Shown: in pieces, positions 38,041-48,253 of the stretch
Numbering within the stretch: the first letter of the stretch is position 1
Layout: the number at the start of each line of letters is the position of its first letter
Assembly: GCA_038890615.1 (NCBI GenBank)
Contig: JAWAFI010000001.1
Span: 66,611-130,610 of the forward strand
Reading direction: 5' to 3'
DNA length: 64,000 bases
Source of the DNA: Candidatus Anstonellales archaeon
Lineage (GTDB): Archaea > Micrarchaeota > Micrarchaeia > Anstonellales > J096
Program-made: the position numbers and the translations under genes
The notes under the pieces: model-generated
What the model saw: the letters and a program-made list of their open reading frames with translations, nothing else
Database searches by the model: none
What the model was told of the DNA's origin: nothing

Positions 38041-41000
38041 ATGAGAATAAAAGAAGTCAGGATGCGCGGCTTCAAGTCCTTTAACAAGGCCCGCATTGAG
38101 CTCCCCTCCAATGTTGTATGCATATCAGGGCCAAATGGAAGCGGCAAAAGTAACATATGCGATGCCATAAGGTTTGCAATGGGCGAGTCAAGGCTAAGCA
38201 AGCTAAGGGCAAAGAAGGTGAAGGACCTCATAAACCTTTCCGGAAAAACAGCAGAGGTCGAGCTTATTATTGATAACGGGAAGGAAGTGAGGATAAAGAG
38301 GGCAATAAGGGAGGATGGGAAGGTCCTCTACAAGATGGATGGAAAACGGGTAAAAAGGCACAGCGTACAGGAGTTCTTTAGGAGGCTTGGGATAGATGGG
38401 AGCTGGAGGAATGTAATAGCGCAAGGAGAGGTTGACTGGCTGTTGAAGGTAAGCGGGAGGGAGAGGAGGCAGGTGGTTGATGCCGCAGCAGGGATAGTTG
38501 AATTTGAGGAGAAAAAAGAAGAGGCGCTTAAGAACTTGGAGGTTGTTGATGGGAGGATAAAGGAGGCATCGCTCATTCTTGGCGAGAAGCAGAGCTACCT
38601 TGATGAGCTGAAGAAAGAAAAGGAAAGGGCAGAAACTTGGATGGCAGAGGAGAAGAGATTCAAGAGCGCAAGGATGGGGCTCATAAAGGCTGAGAAGGCC
38701 GATGTGGAGAAAAAGCTTGTTGAGATAAACAAAAAGATGAGGGAGCTGGATATATTGGCAGGCGCTGCTAGAGAAGAAATGGCAAAGATAGAGGAAGCAG
38801 AGAAGCAGATTGATGCCCAGAGGAAGGAGATGCTCGCAAGGCTGGAGAAATCCCAAAACAAAGAGAATATAACCAAGATTGAACGGCTTAAAGCTGAGGT
38901 GGAGAGCCTTGAAAAGAGGAAGCAGGATTACTTGGAGCAGGCAGAATTGCTCAAAAACAAGATCATAAAAGGGCATAATGAGCTTAAGGAATTGGAGGAA
39001 AAGGCAAGAACCCTTGAAGCAGAGCTGAAGGAGCTTGGGGCGCATGCTACAGAGAAAGCTGAGGAACTAAAGATAGAGAAAGAGGAGGGCATTGATGAGA
39101 TTGTAAGTGCAATAGAAGAACTGAGGAACAAAAAAGAGATGCTTCTTGCAGGCAAGGCAGAGCTGCTGCCCAGATTGGGGGCTATGAAGGCAGAGAAAGA
39201 AAGGGCAGAAGCGCAGAAAAAGGAAGTAGAGGAAGCAAAGAAAAGGATTCAGGAGATAGAGAGGGAATCAAAGGAGTTGTTCAAAAAGGAGAAGGAGCTT
39301 AATGAGGAAATAAAGGAAATAGACAGAAGGATTCTTGAGCTAAGGGAGAAGATGGCCGTAAGGAGCGCTGTTGTAAGGCCCCCTGTGCTTGATGTCATTG
39401 AGGGGCTAAAGAAAGAGATTGATGGCATTTATGGGCCTGTAGGCAACCTAATCTCCTGCGCACCAGAGTATGAAAGCGCTGTTGGCTCTGCTGCCGGCTC
39501 TAGGCTCGCCTATGTTGTTGTTGAGGACTTGGACACTGCAGAGAAAGTAATAAAGAGGATAAAAAACATCGGGAGGGCGACCTTTATACCTCTAAAGGAG
39601 ATAAAGGAGGAAAGGAAGGTTGAAGGAAGCATTGCAGATGTAATTGAGTTTGACCAGCAGGTGGCAAAGGCAATAAACTACATTTTCGGGGGCACAAAGC
39701 TAGTTAGAGATTTCGGAGAGGCGAAGAAGAACCTTTATACAAGATGCGTTACATTAGAGGGGGAGCTTTTTGAGGCAAGCGGGGTGGTTAGCGGAGGCAA
39801 GGAAAAGCGCAATGCGCTTGATATGTTCAAATCAGCAAAGACAGAAGAGGAGATTGAGGCAGAGAGCGAGAGGAGGAAGGCAGTGATGGATTCGCTCAAC
39901 GAGCTCAGGAAAGAGATGAGCGAACTCAGAGGCGAAAAGGCAGCACTTGACATAAAAGTAAGGGAAGCAGTTGGCACTCCTGTTGAAGGGGTTGAAGTGC
40001 TTGAGGCGAAAGTGGCAGGCATTGATGCTGAGATTGCAGCTATTGATGGAGAGCTATCAAATCTTGAAGCAAAGCTTGAGAAGGCAATGGCAGAAAGGGA
40101 AGAGAAGGCAAAGGAGATGGAAAGGAAGCTAAGGGAAAGGGAGGAAAGCATACAGAGGGCTGCTTCGATAAGAGGGGACATAAAGGCAAAGGAGAAGGAG
40201 ATGGAGATTGCCAATTCAAGGGCGTTGGAGGTAAGGAAGGAGATTGAGGAGAACGAAAAAATGAAGAAAAGCCTTGAGAAGAAGATAAGGGAGGCAGATG
40301 AGGAGATGCTAGCAAGAGGGGAAGAGGTAATAAAGCTTGAGGCGATAATGGAAGAAAGCAGCAAGGAGGAAAAAAGGCTATATGCAGAGTTGCGTAAGCT
40401 GGAGGAGAAGTACAGCGAGATTGGAAGGCAGAAGGTAGAAATAGCAAAAAGGGCTGAAAAGGCAGAAAGGGAAAAAAACAAGATGATGGTTGAGGAGGCC
40501 TCGCTCAGCACCAAGCTCCAGGACCTTATGAAAAACTACGATGAGAATGTTGAGGCAATGGAAGGAGAATGGGAAGAGCTGGAAAGGATAGTAAAGCAGG
40601 CAGAGGAAACGATGAATTCATTAGGGCAGGTTAATTTCGCAGCCCCAGAGCTTTACGAAAAGAAGAAAGCAGAGGCAGATGATGTAAAAAGAAGGATAGA
40701 GGTGCTTAGCAAGGAAAGGGAGAAGGTAATGGAGATGATGGCTTCATTGGAAGAGAGGAAAAAAGAGGCCTTTTTCAAAACGTTTGAGAAGGTTGCAGAA
40801 AACTTCAGCTCTATGCTTAAGCAAATGCTAGGCACAGAAGGTTATGTTTACCTTGACAAGCCATCAAGCCCTTTTGAAAGCGCCATGCACTTCAAGATAA
40901 CAAAGAATGTAAACGGCATAAAGAAGGAAATGAACATAGAGATGCTTTCAGGGGGGGAGAAAAGCTTAGTTGCACTGGTTTTCATATTCGCCCTGCAGTT

Positions 41001-41220
41001 TGTGAAGCCATCTCCTTTTTACATACTTGATGAAGCTGATGCAGCACTTGACAAGGAGAACGCGCCCAAGCTTGCGCAGTTCCTGAAGAAGCAATCTGAA
41101 ACCGCCCAATTCATAGTTGTTTCACACAACGAGAACGTAATAAAAGAAGCGGATGTTGTTTATGGGGTTGCAAGAGGGGAAAAAGAGTCCCGCATATTTG
41201 GTATAAAGATTAAAGATTAG
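38041..41220 (+). CDS. smc: Chromosome segregation protein SMC
   Basis: GFKSF, GPNGSGKSN, long coiled coils, hinge (GIYGPV...GRATFIPL...G...GG), LSGGEKS, LDEADAALD. Confidence 0.95.
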   Translation: MRIKEVRMRGFKSFNKARIELPSNVVCISGPNGSGKSNICDAIRFAMGESRLSKLRAKKVKDLINLSGKTAEVELIIDNGKEVRIKRAIREDGKVLYKMDGKRVKRHSVQEFFRRLGIDGSWRNVIAQGEVDWLLKVSGRERRQVVDAAAGIVEFEEKKEEALKNLEVVDGRIKEASLILGEKQSYLDELKKEKERAETWMAEEKRFKSARMGLIKAEKADVEKKLVEINKKMRELDILAGAAREEMAKIEEAEKQIDAQRKEMLARLEKSQNKENITKIERLKAEVESLEKRKQDYLEQAELLKNKIIKGHNELKELEEKARTLEAELKELGAHATEKAEELKIEKEEGIDEIVSAIEELRNKKEMLLAGKAELLPRLGAMKAEKERAEAQKKEVEEAKKRIQEIERESKELFKKEKELNEEIKEIDRRILELREKMAVRSAVVRPPVLDVIEGLKKEIDGIYGPVGNLISCAPEYESAVGSAAGSRLAYVVVEDLDTAEKVIKRIKNIGRATFIPLKEIKEERKVEGSIADVIEFDQQVAKAINYIFGGTKLVRDFGEAKKNLYTRCVTLEGELFEASGVVSGGKEKRNALDMFKSAKTEEEIEAESERRKAVMDSLNELRKEMSELRGEKAALDIKVREAVGTPVEGVEVLEAKVAGIDAEIAAIDGELSNLEAKLEKAMAEREEKAKEMERKLREREESIQRAASIRGDIKAKEKEMEIANSRALEVRKEIEENEKMKKSLEKKIREADEEMLARGEEVIKLEAIMEESSKEEKRLYAELRKLEEKYSEIGRQKVEIAKRAEKAEREKNKMMVEEASLSTKLQDLMKNYDENVEAMEGEWEELERIVKQAEETMNSLGQVNFAAPELYEKKKAEADDVKRRIEVLSKEREKVMEMMASLEERKKEAFFKTFEKVAENFSSMLKQMLGTEGYVYLDKPSSPFESAMHFKITKNVNGIKKEMNIEMLSGGEKSLVALVFIFALQFVKPSPFYILDEADAALDKENAPKLAQFLKKQSETAQFIVVSHNENVIKEADVVYGVARGEKESRIFGIKIKD

Positions 41221-41439
41221 CTAAGCCTTTTCGCCAAAGGCGCTTGTTTTTCCGAGCCCTGTTATTTTCACTTTTATCCTCTCGCCTTCTTTTGCGTCCG
41301 CATTCTTTACGAATATCACAAAGCCGTTGTATTTTGCAACAATGTCGCCTTTCTTTCCTTTGCCTACTACCTCTGCCTCCACTACATCGCCCTCGTTTAC
41401 GGGCTTGGGAAGGAGGCCTCCTCTCTCTATGTTATCCAT
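41221..41439 (-). CDS. Stand-alone TRAM-domain RNA-binding protein
   Basis: PVNEGD, GKKGDIVAKYNGFVIFV, GERIKVKIT. Confidence 0.88.
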   Translation of the reverse strand: MDNIERGGLLPKPVNEGDVVEAEVVGKGKKGDIVAKYNGFVIFVKNADAKEGERIKVKITGLGKTSAFGEKA

Positions 41440-41523
41440 TTTCTCACCTTTGCTCGCAGTATAAAGGAAGCTACCTTTTAAACCTTTACTTTATGCATAA
41501 AAAGCAAAGATTAAAGTTTAGGG

Positions 41524-44500
41524 TTATTTGTTGCTCCTTTTTTCATCCTCTTTCTTAGCATAAGTTGCGTAGAGGTAATATGCGCCTGCCAGGAGGAAGA
41601 TTATTATTATAGGTATAATTATCCACATTATTGGTAACTGCTCTGCCTCAGCCACAAATACCTCTTTCTGAACATTGCCTGACTTGATGGTATAAGTGCC
41701 TGGAGCACCTGGCACAAACGCATACTCGCCATCAATAGTTTTTACCTGAATAGTAGAGCCATCAGGGTAGGTAAGGATAAGGGCTATGTCCACTGGCTTG
41801 CCATCAATAGTGGTGTAAACAATGACTTCCTGCCCAACTGTTGTGGTGTTATTGCTTACAGTTATTTCTAGCCTGCCAGAGATTGCTTCACCACCGCAAG
41901 AGAAAGAGGCCTGTATAAGCTTGTCCAAATATCCTTCTTTTGAGAGCTTAAAGGTGTAGGTGCCTGGCTCAAGCGTTGACGAGAAACTTCCATCAATTAG
42001 CCTATCCTCAATCACCTGCGAGCCCTTGTAGAGCACCATGCGCAGGCCGCTGACAAATGTTGTGAGCTTCACTTGGGCCATGCCATCTTCGCTGCACACA
42101 TAATTCAAGGATGCATCAATAATACTAAGCTGGCATGAAGGTGCAACAAACTCTTTCTGGTAGGGCTGGTAGCCCTGCTTTTCCCCAACAACCTTGTAGC
42201 TCTTCCCTGAAGAAAGGGAGTAAGTTAGCTGCTTTCCTTCAAAGGTGTTTACCAGAACCCCATTCTCATAGATTGTGTAGCGAATCCCTAATGATGAATA
42301 CAAGTAAAGCACTGGAACGCCGTCTATTGAGCACTGTATATCACTCTCAAAGGAGACTGAGGGGCAATCAAGAACAACATTTGAAAGGGTGTATGACTCA
42401 TAGCCGCTCTTTGAAGCAGTGATCGTGTATGTTCCCTGCGCAACTTTCAGAGTTGCCTTTCCATCAGTGCCTGTTGTTGTTGTGTACTGCCCTGCTGAAA
42501 CCAAAGCCCCTGAAACAGGGGAGCCACCTGAAGTTACTTGCACAATTAGAGTGTTTGGGCACTCTTTAGCCACTTCTATGTAAAGCGGAAGCGGCCCTAT
42601 TGTCTGGTTTTCCTCCTCGTGCTCATCATCATCACCCCCACCACCGCCTCCAGAGGCAACCCTAAATGATTGGGTAGCTGAAGAGCCTTCATTTCCGTTC
42701 CCGTCAGTGCACTTTACATTCCAATTGTGTGAGCCGGTTGAAAGGCGCTGGGAAGAAGACACAACAGAACCGCTTGGAGATGGAAGCGTTGCCTTTGCTG
42801 CAGAGTCAACAAAAAGGGTGCACATTATGGGCTCAGTAGCATCTGTTGCAGTCCACCTGAATACTACAGGGTTCCTTAAGGAAGCCCCTTCTGCAGGGTA
42901 GTTGAGCACAATCTCTGGCGCTGTTGTGTCATTTGAAGCAAGCACCTCAAAGTGCCATGTTGAAGAAGTGCCCAAGTTGCCATTAGAATCAGTGCAGCTG
43001 ACATGCCATGAGTGCAATCCACTGGCTACCTGCAAGCTGAGGTCTATTGTAGAGTTTGAGTTAGCCACAACTTGGCTCCTTGGAACAAAATCAACATAAA
43101 GGATGCAATTGACAGGCATTGACCGGTCTGCAACAGAGAAGCTGAACTGAACTGTGTTTGAGTTCAATATTGCACCTTCTAAAGGAGCAATCAGGTTGAT
43201 TACAGGAGGGTCTGATTCAGAAGGGGCAGAAACATTGAAGCTCCATGTTGGGCTTTGCCCTACATTTCCAGCAAGGTCAGAGCACTCAACCCTCCATGTA
43301 TATGAGCCAGCGAGCAAAGAAGTAGTAAACGAAACCTGCGAATTGTTGGCAGGAGAAGTTGTGTTAACCACTTGGTCGTTTATGTAGAGTGAGCACAGGT
43401 TCAAGCCGACATTGTCAGAGGCCTTGTATGAAAGAGTAACTGTTGGATGCACTGTTGCTCCGTTTTGGGGCGATATCAATGTTACTGTTGGCGGCTGGTT
43501 GTCAGGGGATGAAACAGTGAAGGTGCGCGAGCCCACTGCAGAGCTTTGCCCGTTTGAGCAAGCCACAGTCCATCTGAAAGATCCTGTTGGAACTGTTGCT
43601 TGGTAGGAGTATTGCCCTGTTGCAGAAGTAAGAGAATTGGCTGTCACAACAGGAGAGCCTCCTGCTGAGGGTGCAACAGAAAGGTTGCAAGATATGCCGC
43701 TGCTGCCTGCTGTTGAAGTGGCTCTCCATGAGAATTGCACCTGCTGTGATGTGAGCGTAGCGTTGTCCTCAGGGTATATCAAGGTGAGTGTCACCAGCTG
43801 GGTGCCCCCAGGCACAACGTTGAAGTAATATTCAGGCGAATAGGCAATATGTGAAGGCGCTTGGTCAGAAGGCAGGTAGCCTTCGCAAGATACATACCAC
43901 TTATAGCTGCCTGGCTCAAGCTGGATTGTGGTCTGATAGCTAACAGGCACATTTGGAGTCAACTGCATGCTCCAGGTGCTCATAAAAACGTCTTTCTCGC
44001 TGGAAAGGATAAACACATAGAGGTTGCAGCGGGCTGATTCATTTACATTTGAGGTAGCATTCAATGTGAATGAGACATTGCCGCTTTCCACAGTTGAGCC
44101 GTTCTGAGGAGTAAGGAGAGATATTCTTAAAGTCGGTATGTTGCCAACATTCCCTACAAGCGGGTATAAGTCCTTGTTGTGGAAAGAGGATGGCTCTGCT
44201 GGGTCAGAAACAAGCTTAGGATAATCCCCAAAGCCATCGCCATTTGAATCAGGCCAGCTGTAGTTTGAGTAGTAGTTGCCCCCTATTTTTGGCCCGCCTA
44301 TTATATTCCTAGAGGCAAATGGCTCAACATTCCACTTTATTGGAGATTTTCTTACACCTGCTTCTGAAAGTGCATGAAGGTCATCCATTGGGTCGCAAAT
44401 GAAAGCGTTGTTGTAAATGTACATCTTCGGGTCTGATTGTGAAACCATGATGCCAGTTGCATGGAGGGAAGGAGCACCTGGCACACAAGAAGAGAAATAG

Positions 44501-45732
44501 TTTCCGCTGACCTCAAGGAAGTTGGAATTGCATGCCGAAGTAAGAATGGTGTTATACTCTACCTTAAGCGCTTCGTAGAACCCTGAGAACTTGTTGTTTT
44601 TGACCGCTACCTCGCTGCAAGGCGATAGTGAGTTAATTGCTATAACCGCTCCGTTTGAGGCAGAGCCGCCTGATGGCGCATTGCCCTCAAATATGTTGTT
44701 TTTGACTGTTATTTTGTTCACAACCGGATGCCCGTAAGGAGTCGAAACAACGAATGGGTTCTTGTCAGCCCTTACCAAGCTGTTTTCTATCAATATATTT
44801 GTGGGCTGGTTCCTAGCCCCAAAAGCCCCTCCTGAAACTGATATTCCTTCTGAGAGGCCAGAAGGGCTATGGACATTTATGTTTTCATAAGAGAATATTG
44901 CATCCGAGCTTGTCACTACTTTTGCCACTGAGCCATTTGATGAGCCGTATATGTTGTTCAGGTTCATCGTTGACTTTATGCCATTCAAGGCCATTATGAT
45001 CTGGCCTGCCCTTGGGCTCACCTTTATCTGGTTTTTTCTTAAAGAAACCTCATAACCCTGCTCAGAAGCAGAAGGAGCGTAGCATTCATCTGACTGGCAG
45101 TTGGTTATCCCAATTATGTAAAAGGATGGTGAGCTTTCTATGGAGGTTGTTATGGTGTTTGACAAAATAAGGACTAACCCATGTTGATCGTAAGAAGAAA
45201 GGCTAGGCGTCTTATTAAGAATGTCTATCTTTATGAAAAACTTGTAAGGATCAGAAGAGCCATAGTATGTAGCTATGGAAGGAGTTATGTTTATTTCGTT
45301 TCTTGTTATATCAGTGCTATAGAGGTTTTTTGTTGTTATGATGGAATCCTGCAATTTTGCCCCCCAAACTTGCAGTGAACCTTTTGGGTCAGAAACCGAG
45401 AGGTGAGGCTCTGCATGCACCTCGCAATTTTTCAAAGTAATATCTTGAATTGAAAGCCTGCCATCCACAAAAGCATTAACGCATGCAGGAGGGTATTGGG
45501 TTGGGCCCCCTATATAAGATATTGTATTGCCGTTTCCTTTGATTATCACTACCTCATCACTGGTGAGGACAAATGTAAGGCATGTTCCTGAACTGAATGT
45601 GAGGTCTTTTGTGAGCTCATAAGTGCCTGCTGAGTCAATGGTAGTGCAGCTGCTTAGGGGAATTGCATATGCAGCGCCAAAAACAATTAATAGAGCCAAA
45701 AAAGCATATAAGAGACGAACTGATGGAACCAT
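41524..45732 (-). CDS. Large cell-surface protein: beta-helix/NosD-like region, about five Ig-like repeats, carboxypeptidase-regulatory-like domains, C-terminal TM
   Basis: Signal peptide, I..N.F beta-helix repeats, GGNYYSNY...DSNGDGFGD...D.YPL motif, P.V.LISP/W.V.C.D..GN repeats, Gly-rich linker, hydrophobic tail. Confidence 0.78.
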   Translation of the reverse strand: MVPSVRLLYAFLALLIVFGAAYAIPLSSCTTIDSAGTYELTKDLTFSSGTCLTFVLTSDEVVIIKGNGNTISYIGGPTQYPPACVNAFVDGRLSIQDITLKNCEVHAEPHLSVSDPKGSLQVWGAKLQDSIITTKNLYSTDITRNEINITPSIATYYGSSDPYKFFIKIDILNKTPSLSSYDQHGLVLILSNTITTSIESSPSFYIIGITNCQSDECYAPSASEQGYEVSLRKNQIKVSPRAGQIIMALNGIKSTMNLNNIYGSSNGSVAKVVTSSDAIFSYENINVHSPSGLSEGISVSGGAFGARNQPTNILIENSLVRADKNPFVVSTPYGHPVVNKITVKNNIFEGNAPSGGSASNGAVIAINSLSPCSEVAVKNNKFSGFYEALKVEYNTILTSACNSNFLEVSGNYFSSCVPGAPSLHATGIMVSQSDPKMYIYNNAFICDPMDDLHALSEAGVRKSPIKWNVEPFASRNIIGGPKIGGNYYSNYSWPDSNGDGFGDYPKLVSDPAEPSSFHNKDLYPLVGNVGNIPTLRISLLTPQNGSTVESGNVSFTLNATSNVNESARCNLYVFILSSEKDVFMSTWSMQLTPNVPVSYQTTIQLEPGSYKWYVSCEGYLPSDQAPSHIAYSPEYYFNVVPGGTQLVTLTLIYPEDNATLTSQQVQFSWRATSTAGSSGISCNLSVAPSAGGSPVVTANSLTSATGQYSYQATVPTGSFRWTVACSNGQSSAVGSRTFTVSSPDNQPPTVTLISPQNGATVHPTVTLSYKASDNVGLNLCSLYINDQVVNTTSPANNSQVSFTTSLLAGSYTWRVECSDLAGNVGQSPTWSFNVSAPSESDPPVINLIAPLEGAILNSNTVQFSFSVADRSMPVNCILYVDFVPRSQVVANSNSTIDLSLQVASGLHSWHVSCTDSNGNLGTSSTWHFEVLASNDTTAPEIVLNYPAEGASLRNPVVFRWTATDATEPIMCTLFVDSAAKATLPSPSGSVVSSSQRLSTGSHNWNVKCTDGNGNEGSSATQSFRVASGGGGGGDDDEHEEENQTIGPLPLYIEVAKECPNTLIVQVTSGGSPVSGALVSAGQYTTTTGTDGKATLKVAQGTYTITASKSGYESYTLSNVVLDCPSVSFESDIQCSIDGVPVLYLYSSLGIRYTIYENGVLVNTFEGKQLTYSLSSGKSYKVVGEKQGYQPYQKEFVAPSCQLSIIDASLNYVCSEDGMAQVKLTTFVSGLRMVLYKGSQVIEDRLIDGSFSSTLEPGTYTFKLSKEGYLDKLIQASFSCGGEAISGRLEITVSNNTTTVGQEVIVYTTIDGKPVDIALILTYPDGSTIQVKTIDGEYAFVPGAPGTYTIKSGNVQKEVFVAEAEQLPIMWIIIPIIIIFLLAGAYYLYATYAKKEDEKRSNK

Positions 45733-45822
45733 AAATACACCGCAAATAATAATAAAATAAGTTATAAAAATGTATCTATGGGCTAAGATAAGCTTTTAAA
45801 TATATCATTTTTTATATATATC

Positions 45823-46161
45823 ATGAAAAGTATAGAGTGCGAAAAAGAGCTTATAGGGAAAGCCATAATGAGGCAATTCCTGGAGACCTTTGCGCTCTGG
45901 CTCTTCTCGCAGAGAGAGATGACTGGCTATGAATTGATAAAGCTCTGTAGGAACGAGCATCTCTATGTTGCTACCCCAAGCAGGGTTTACCCTGTGCTGA
46001 AAAAAATGGAAAGGAAAGGTTTCATAAAGGTCACAAAAGAAGATGAAAGGGGAAGGAAGTTCTACAAGATAACTGAAGAAGGGAATAAGGAGCTGATGCT
46101 AAGGAAGGGGTGGATGAAGGAAGGACTTAAAGGAAAGTTTTGGAGGGACATGGTAGTATGA
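45823..46161 (+). CDS. PadR-family transcriptional regulator
   Basis: MTGYELIK, VYPVLKKMERKGFI, RKFYKITEEG. Confidence 0.88.
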   Translation: MKSIECEKELIGKAIMRQFLETFALWLFSQREMTGYELIKLCRNEHLYVATPSRVYPVLKKMERKGFIKVTKEDERGRKFYKITEEGNKELMLRKGWMKEGLKGKFWRDMVV

Positions 46162-46823
46162 GCAGCGTAATAAAAGGAGAAGAGATATGGAAAATTTACA
46201 AGAACGGCGGGGTTGGCACAGTTGCACTGAAGGATGTGAGCTTTGACATAAAGAAGGGAGAGATGCTGGGCATACTTGGGCAAAGTGGAAGTGGAAAGAG
46301 CACGCTTTTGCACATAATAGGGCTTCTTGATGACCCTACAAAAGGCAAGCTTTACATAAATGGAATTAATACGCAAAAGATGGATGAGGATGAGAAGGCA
46401 AAGCTAAGGCTTGAAACTATAGGGTTTGTTTTCCAGGCTTTCAACCTGCTGCCAGGGCTTACTGCATATGAAAATGCACTACTCCCGATGGTTATAAAGG
46501 AAAGCGTTGAAAAGGAGTATGTAGAGGAGCTGTTTGAGAAGTTCAATATAGCTCATAGAATGGAATACTATCCGAACCAGCTAAGCGGAGGGGAAAGGCA
46601 AAGGGTTGCCATAATAAGGGCTTTGGCAAACAAACCAAGCGTGATACTTGCTGATGAGCCCACAGGAAACCTTGACAGCAAGAATGGCAATGAGGTGCTT
46701 CAGGCATTCGAAAAGGTAAACAAGGAGTTTGGCACTACTGTAGTCATAGTTACGCATGACCAGGATATTGTAAAGAATATGGACAGGATAATAAAGCTTA
46801 AAGATGGGATGGTGATTGAATGA
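46158..46823 (+). CDS. ABC transporter ATP-binding protein (LolD/MacB type)
   Basis: GQSGSGKST, GFVFQ.FNL, LSGGERQRVAI, ADEPTGNLD, VTHD. Confidence 0.95.
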   Translation: MSSVIKGEEIWKIYKNGGVGTVALKDVSFDIKKGEMLGILGQSGSGKSTLLHIIGLLDDPTKGKLYINGINTQKMDEDEKAKLRLETIGFVFQAFNLLPGLTAYENALLPMVIKESVEKEYVEELFEKFNIAHRMEYYPNQLSGGERQRVAIIRALANKPSVILADEPTGNLDSKNGNEVLQAFEKVNKEFGTTVVIVTHDQDIVKNMDRIIKLKDGMVIE

Positions 46824-48253
46824 AAAGAGCAGTATTGTTTTTGTTATTGATAGGAATAGCAAGCGCTGCCCTATCCGTGCAGGGCATCAACACTGACAAG
46901 AATTCATACGAGCCAGGGGATGGCGGATATATAACAGTAACTATAGGCGCAGGGGCTTTGAAAGATGTTGACTCAGTGAGGATAGACATAAGCAGCCCTA
47001 ATGTGCTTTCGCTTCCTCAAACGCTTTTTGTAGGCACAATAACAGCTGCATCAAGCACTACTATGCAGGTGCCGCTTGTTGCAAGCAGCAATGCTGAAAG
47101 CGGGGTGTACAGCGTTTCCCTTACTATAAGAGGTATAGAGAAAAACGACCAAGGGCAAAGCGTAGTTACTGAAAAGACAACCTTCACGGTAGTTAAGGTT
47201 GTAAAGAAGCCAAAGATAAGCTTAAGGCTTGATACAACGCAGGTGCAGGAGAGAGGGGAGATAGGCATCACCATTGAAAACAAAGGAGGAAAGGCAAGGG
47301 GCCTTCAGCTAAAGGCAGCGAGTCCGTTTTACCTTGAAGGCCAGCCGGTCTATATTGGTGATTTTGAAGGGAGCAAAAAGGCATCTTTAGGAATAGACAG
47401 CACAGGAGCCCAAGAAGGCAGCAACATACTATCAATTACAGCAACATACCAGGACCTTTTAGGAGACAGCTATTCTGAATCTTTCTCAGTTCCGGTAACA
47501 GTAACAAAAGGGGTTGCAGGGCTCAAAGTAAGGGTTGAAGGAGGAGTTGAAGGAGTAGAGAGCCCAATGAAGCTTATGGTTGAGAACACAGGCAGCAATG
47601 AACTTCAGGAATTCAAAATAATATTTGGAGAGAGGGTAAGGGCAGCAGAAGGCGGGGAGCTTAATGTAGGCACAGTGCCAGCAGGCAGCTCCAAAGAGGC
47701 GCAATTTAGGGGAATGACCTCGCTTTCGCCCGGAATATCTTATGAGCCAATGGTTGTTGAGTATGTGGAAAAAGGTGAGAGGAAGAGGTTCAAGCTGAAT
47801 GTGCCTGTTGAAGTGATGAGCAACAACAAGCTAAAAGTTTTTTTGGAGGGTAAGCCGCTGCCGCTTTATGCAGGCGAAAAGAGCAAGCTCGTAATAACAG
47901 TTGCAAATGTCGGAAACAGCAAGATAAATGCACTTACTGTTATGGCAGAGGTTGAAGGGGCAGAGATGCAGAGCATAACCAACGAGCAGTTCATAGGAGA
48001 GCTTATGGTAAATGATTTCAGCGATGTGCAGTTTGACATAGTGCCAAAAGCTTCTGGAAGCATGCCTGTAAAGGTTACTTTAAAGTATAAGGATGCAGAA
48101 GGCAAGGAGCACTCAGAGGCCTACTATTTTAGCGCTAATGTATCGCAGAGGGCTGCAGAAGGGCCTTCAATCCTGCTCATTGTTCTGGCTCTTGCAGTTG
48201 TGTTGCTTGGGGCCTACTTCCTTTGGTGGAGGAAAAGGGGAGCAAAGAAATGA
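46820..48253 (+). CDS. COG1361-like S-layer/CARDB-domain protein with C-terminal TM anchor
   Basis: Signal peptide, repeated I.N.G...Y.D beta-sandwich units, hydrophobic tail plus RKR; typical ABC operon context. Confidence 0.75.
   Translation: MKRAVLFLLLIGIASAALSVQGINTDKNSYEPGDGGYITVTIGAGALKDVDSVRIDISSPNVLSLPQTLFVGTITAASSTTMQVPLVASSNAESGVYSVSLTIRGIEKNDQGQSVVTEKTTFTVVKVVKKPKISLRLDTTQVQERGEIGITIENKGGKARGLQLKAASPFYLEGQPVYIGDFEGSKKASLGIDSTGAQEGSNILSITATYQDLLGDSYSESFSVPVTVTKGVAGLKVRVEGGVEGVESPMKLMVENTGSNELQEFKIIFGERVRAAEGGELNVGTVPAGSSKEAQFRGMTSLSPGISYEPMVVEYVEKGERKRFKLNVPVEVMSNNKLKVFLEGKPLPLYAGEKSKLVITVANVGNSKINALTVMAEVEGAEMQSITNEQFIGELMVNDFSDVQFDIVPKASGSMPVKVTLKYKDAEGKEHSEAYYFSANVSQRAAEGPSILLIVLALAVVLLGAYFLWWRKRGAKK

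Noticed and set aside
38203..40514. Long antisense ORFs (e.g. 38203-39045 and 39735-40514; also 48930-49754, 56508-57233, 62629-63297)
   Set aside because: These are Ser/Leu/Phe-rich shadows of purine-rich coding strands of well-supported genes, with no independent motifs.
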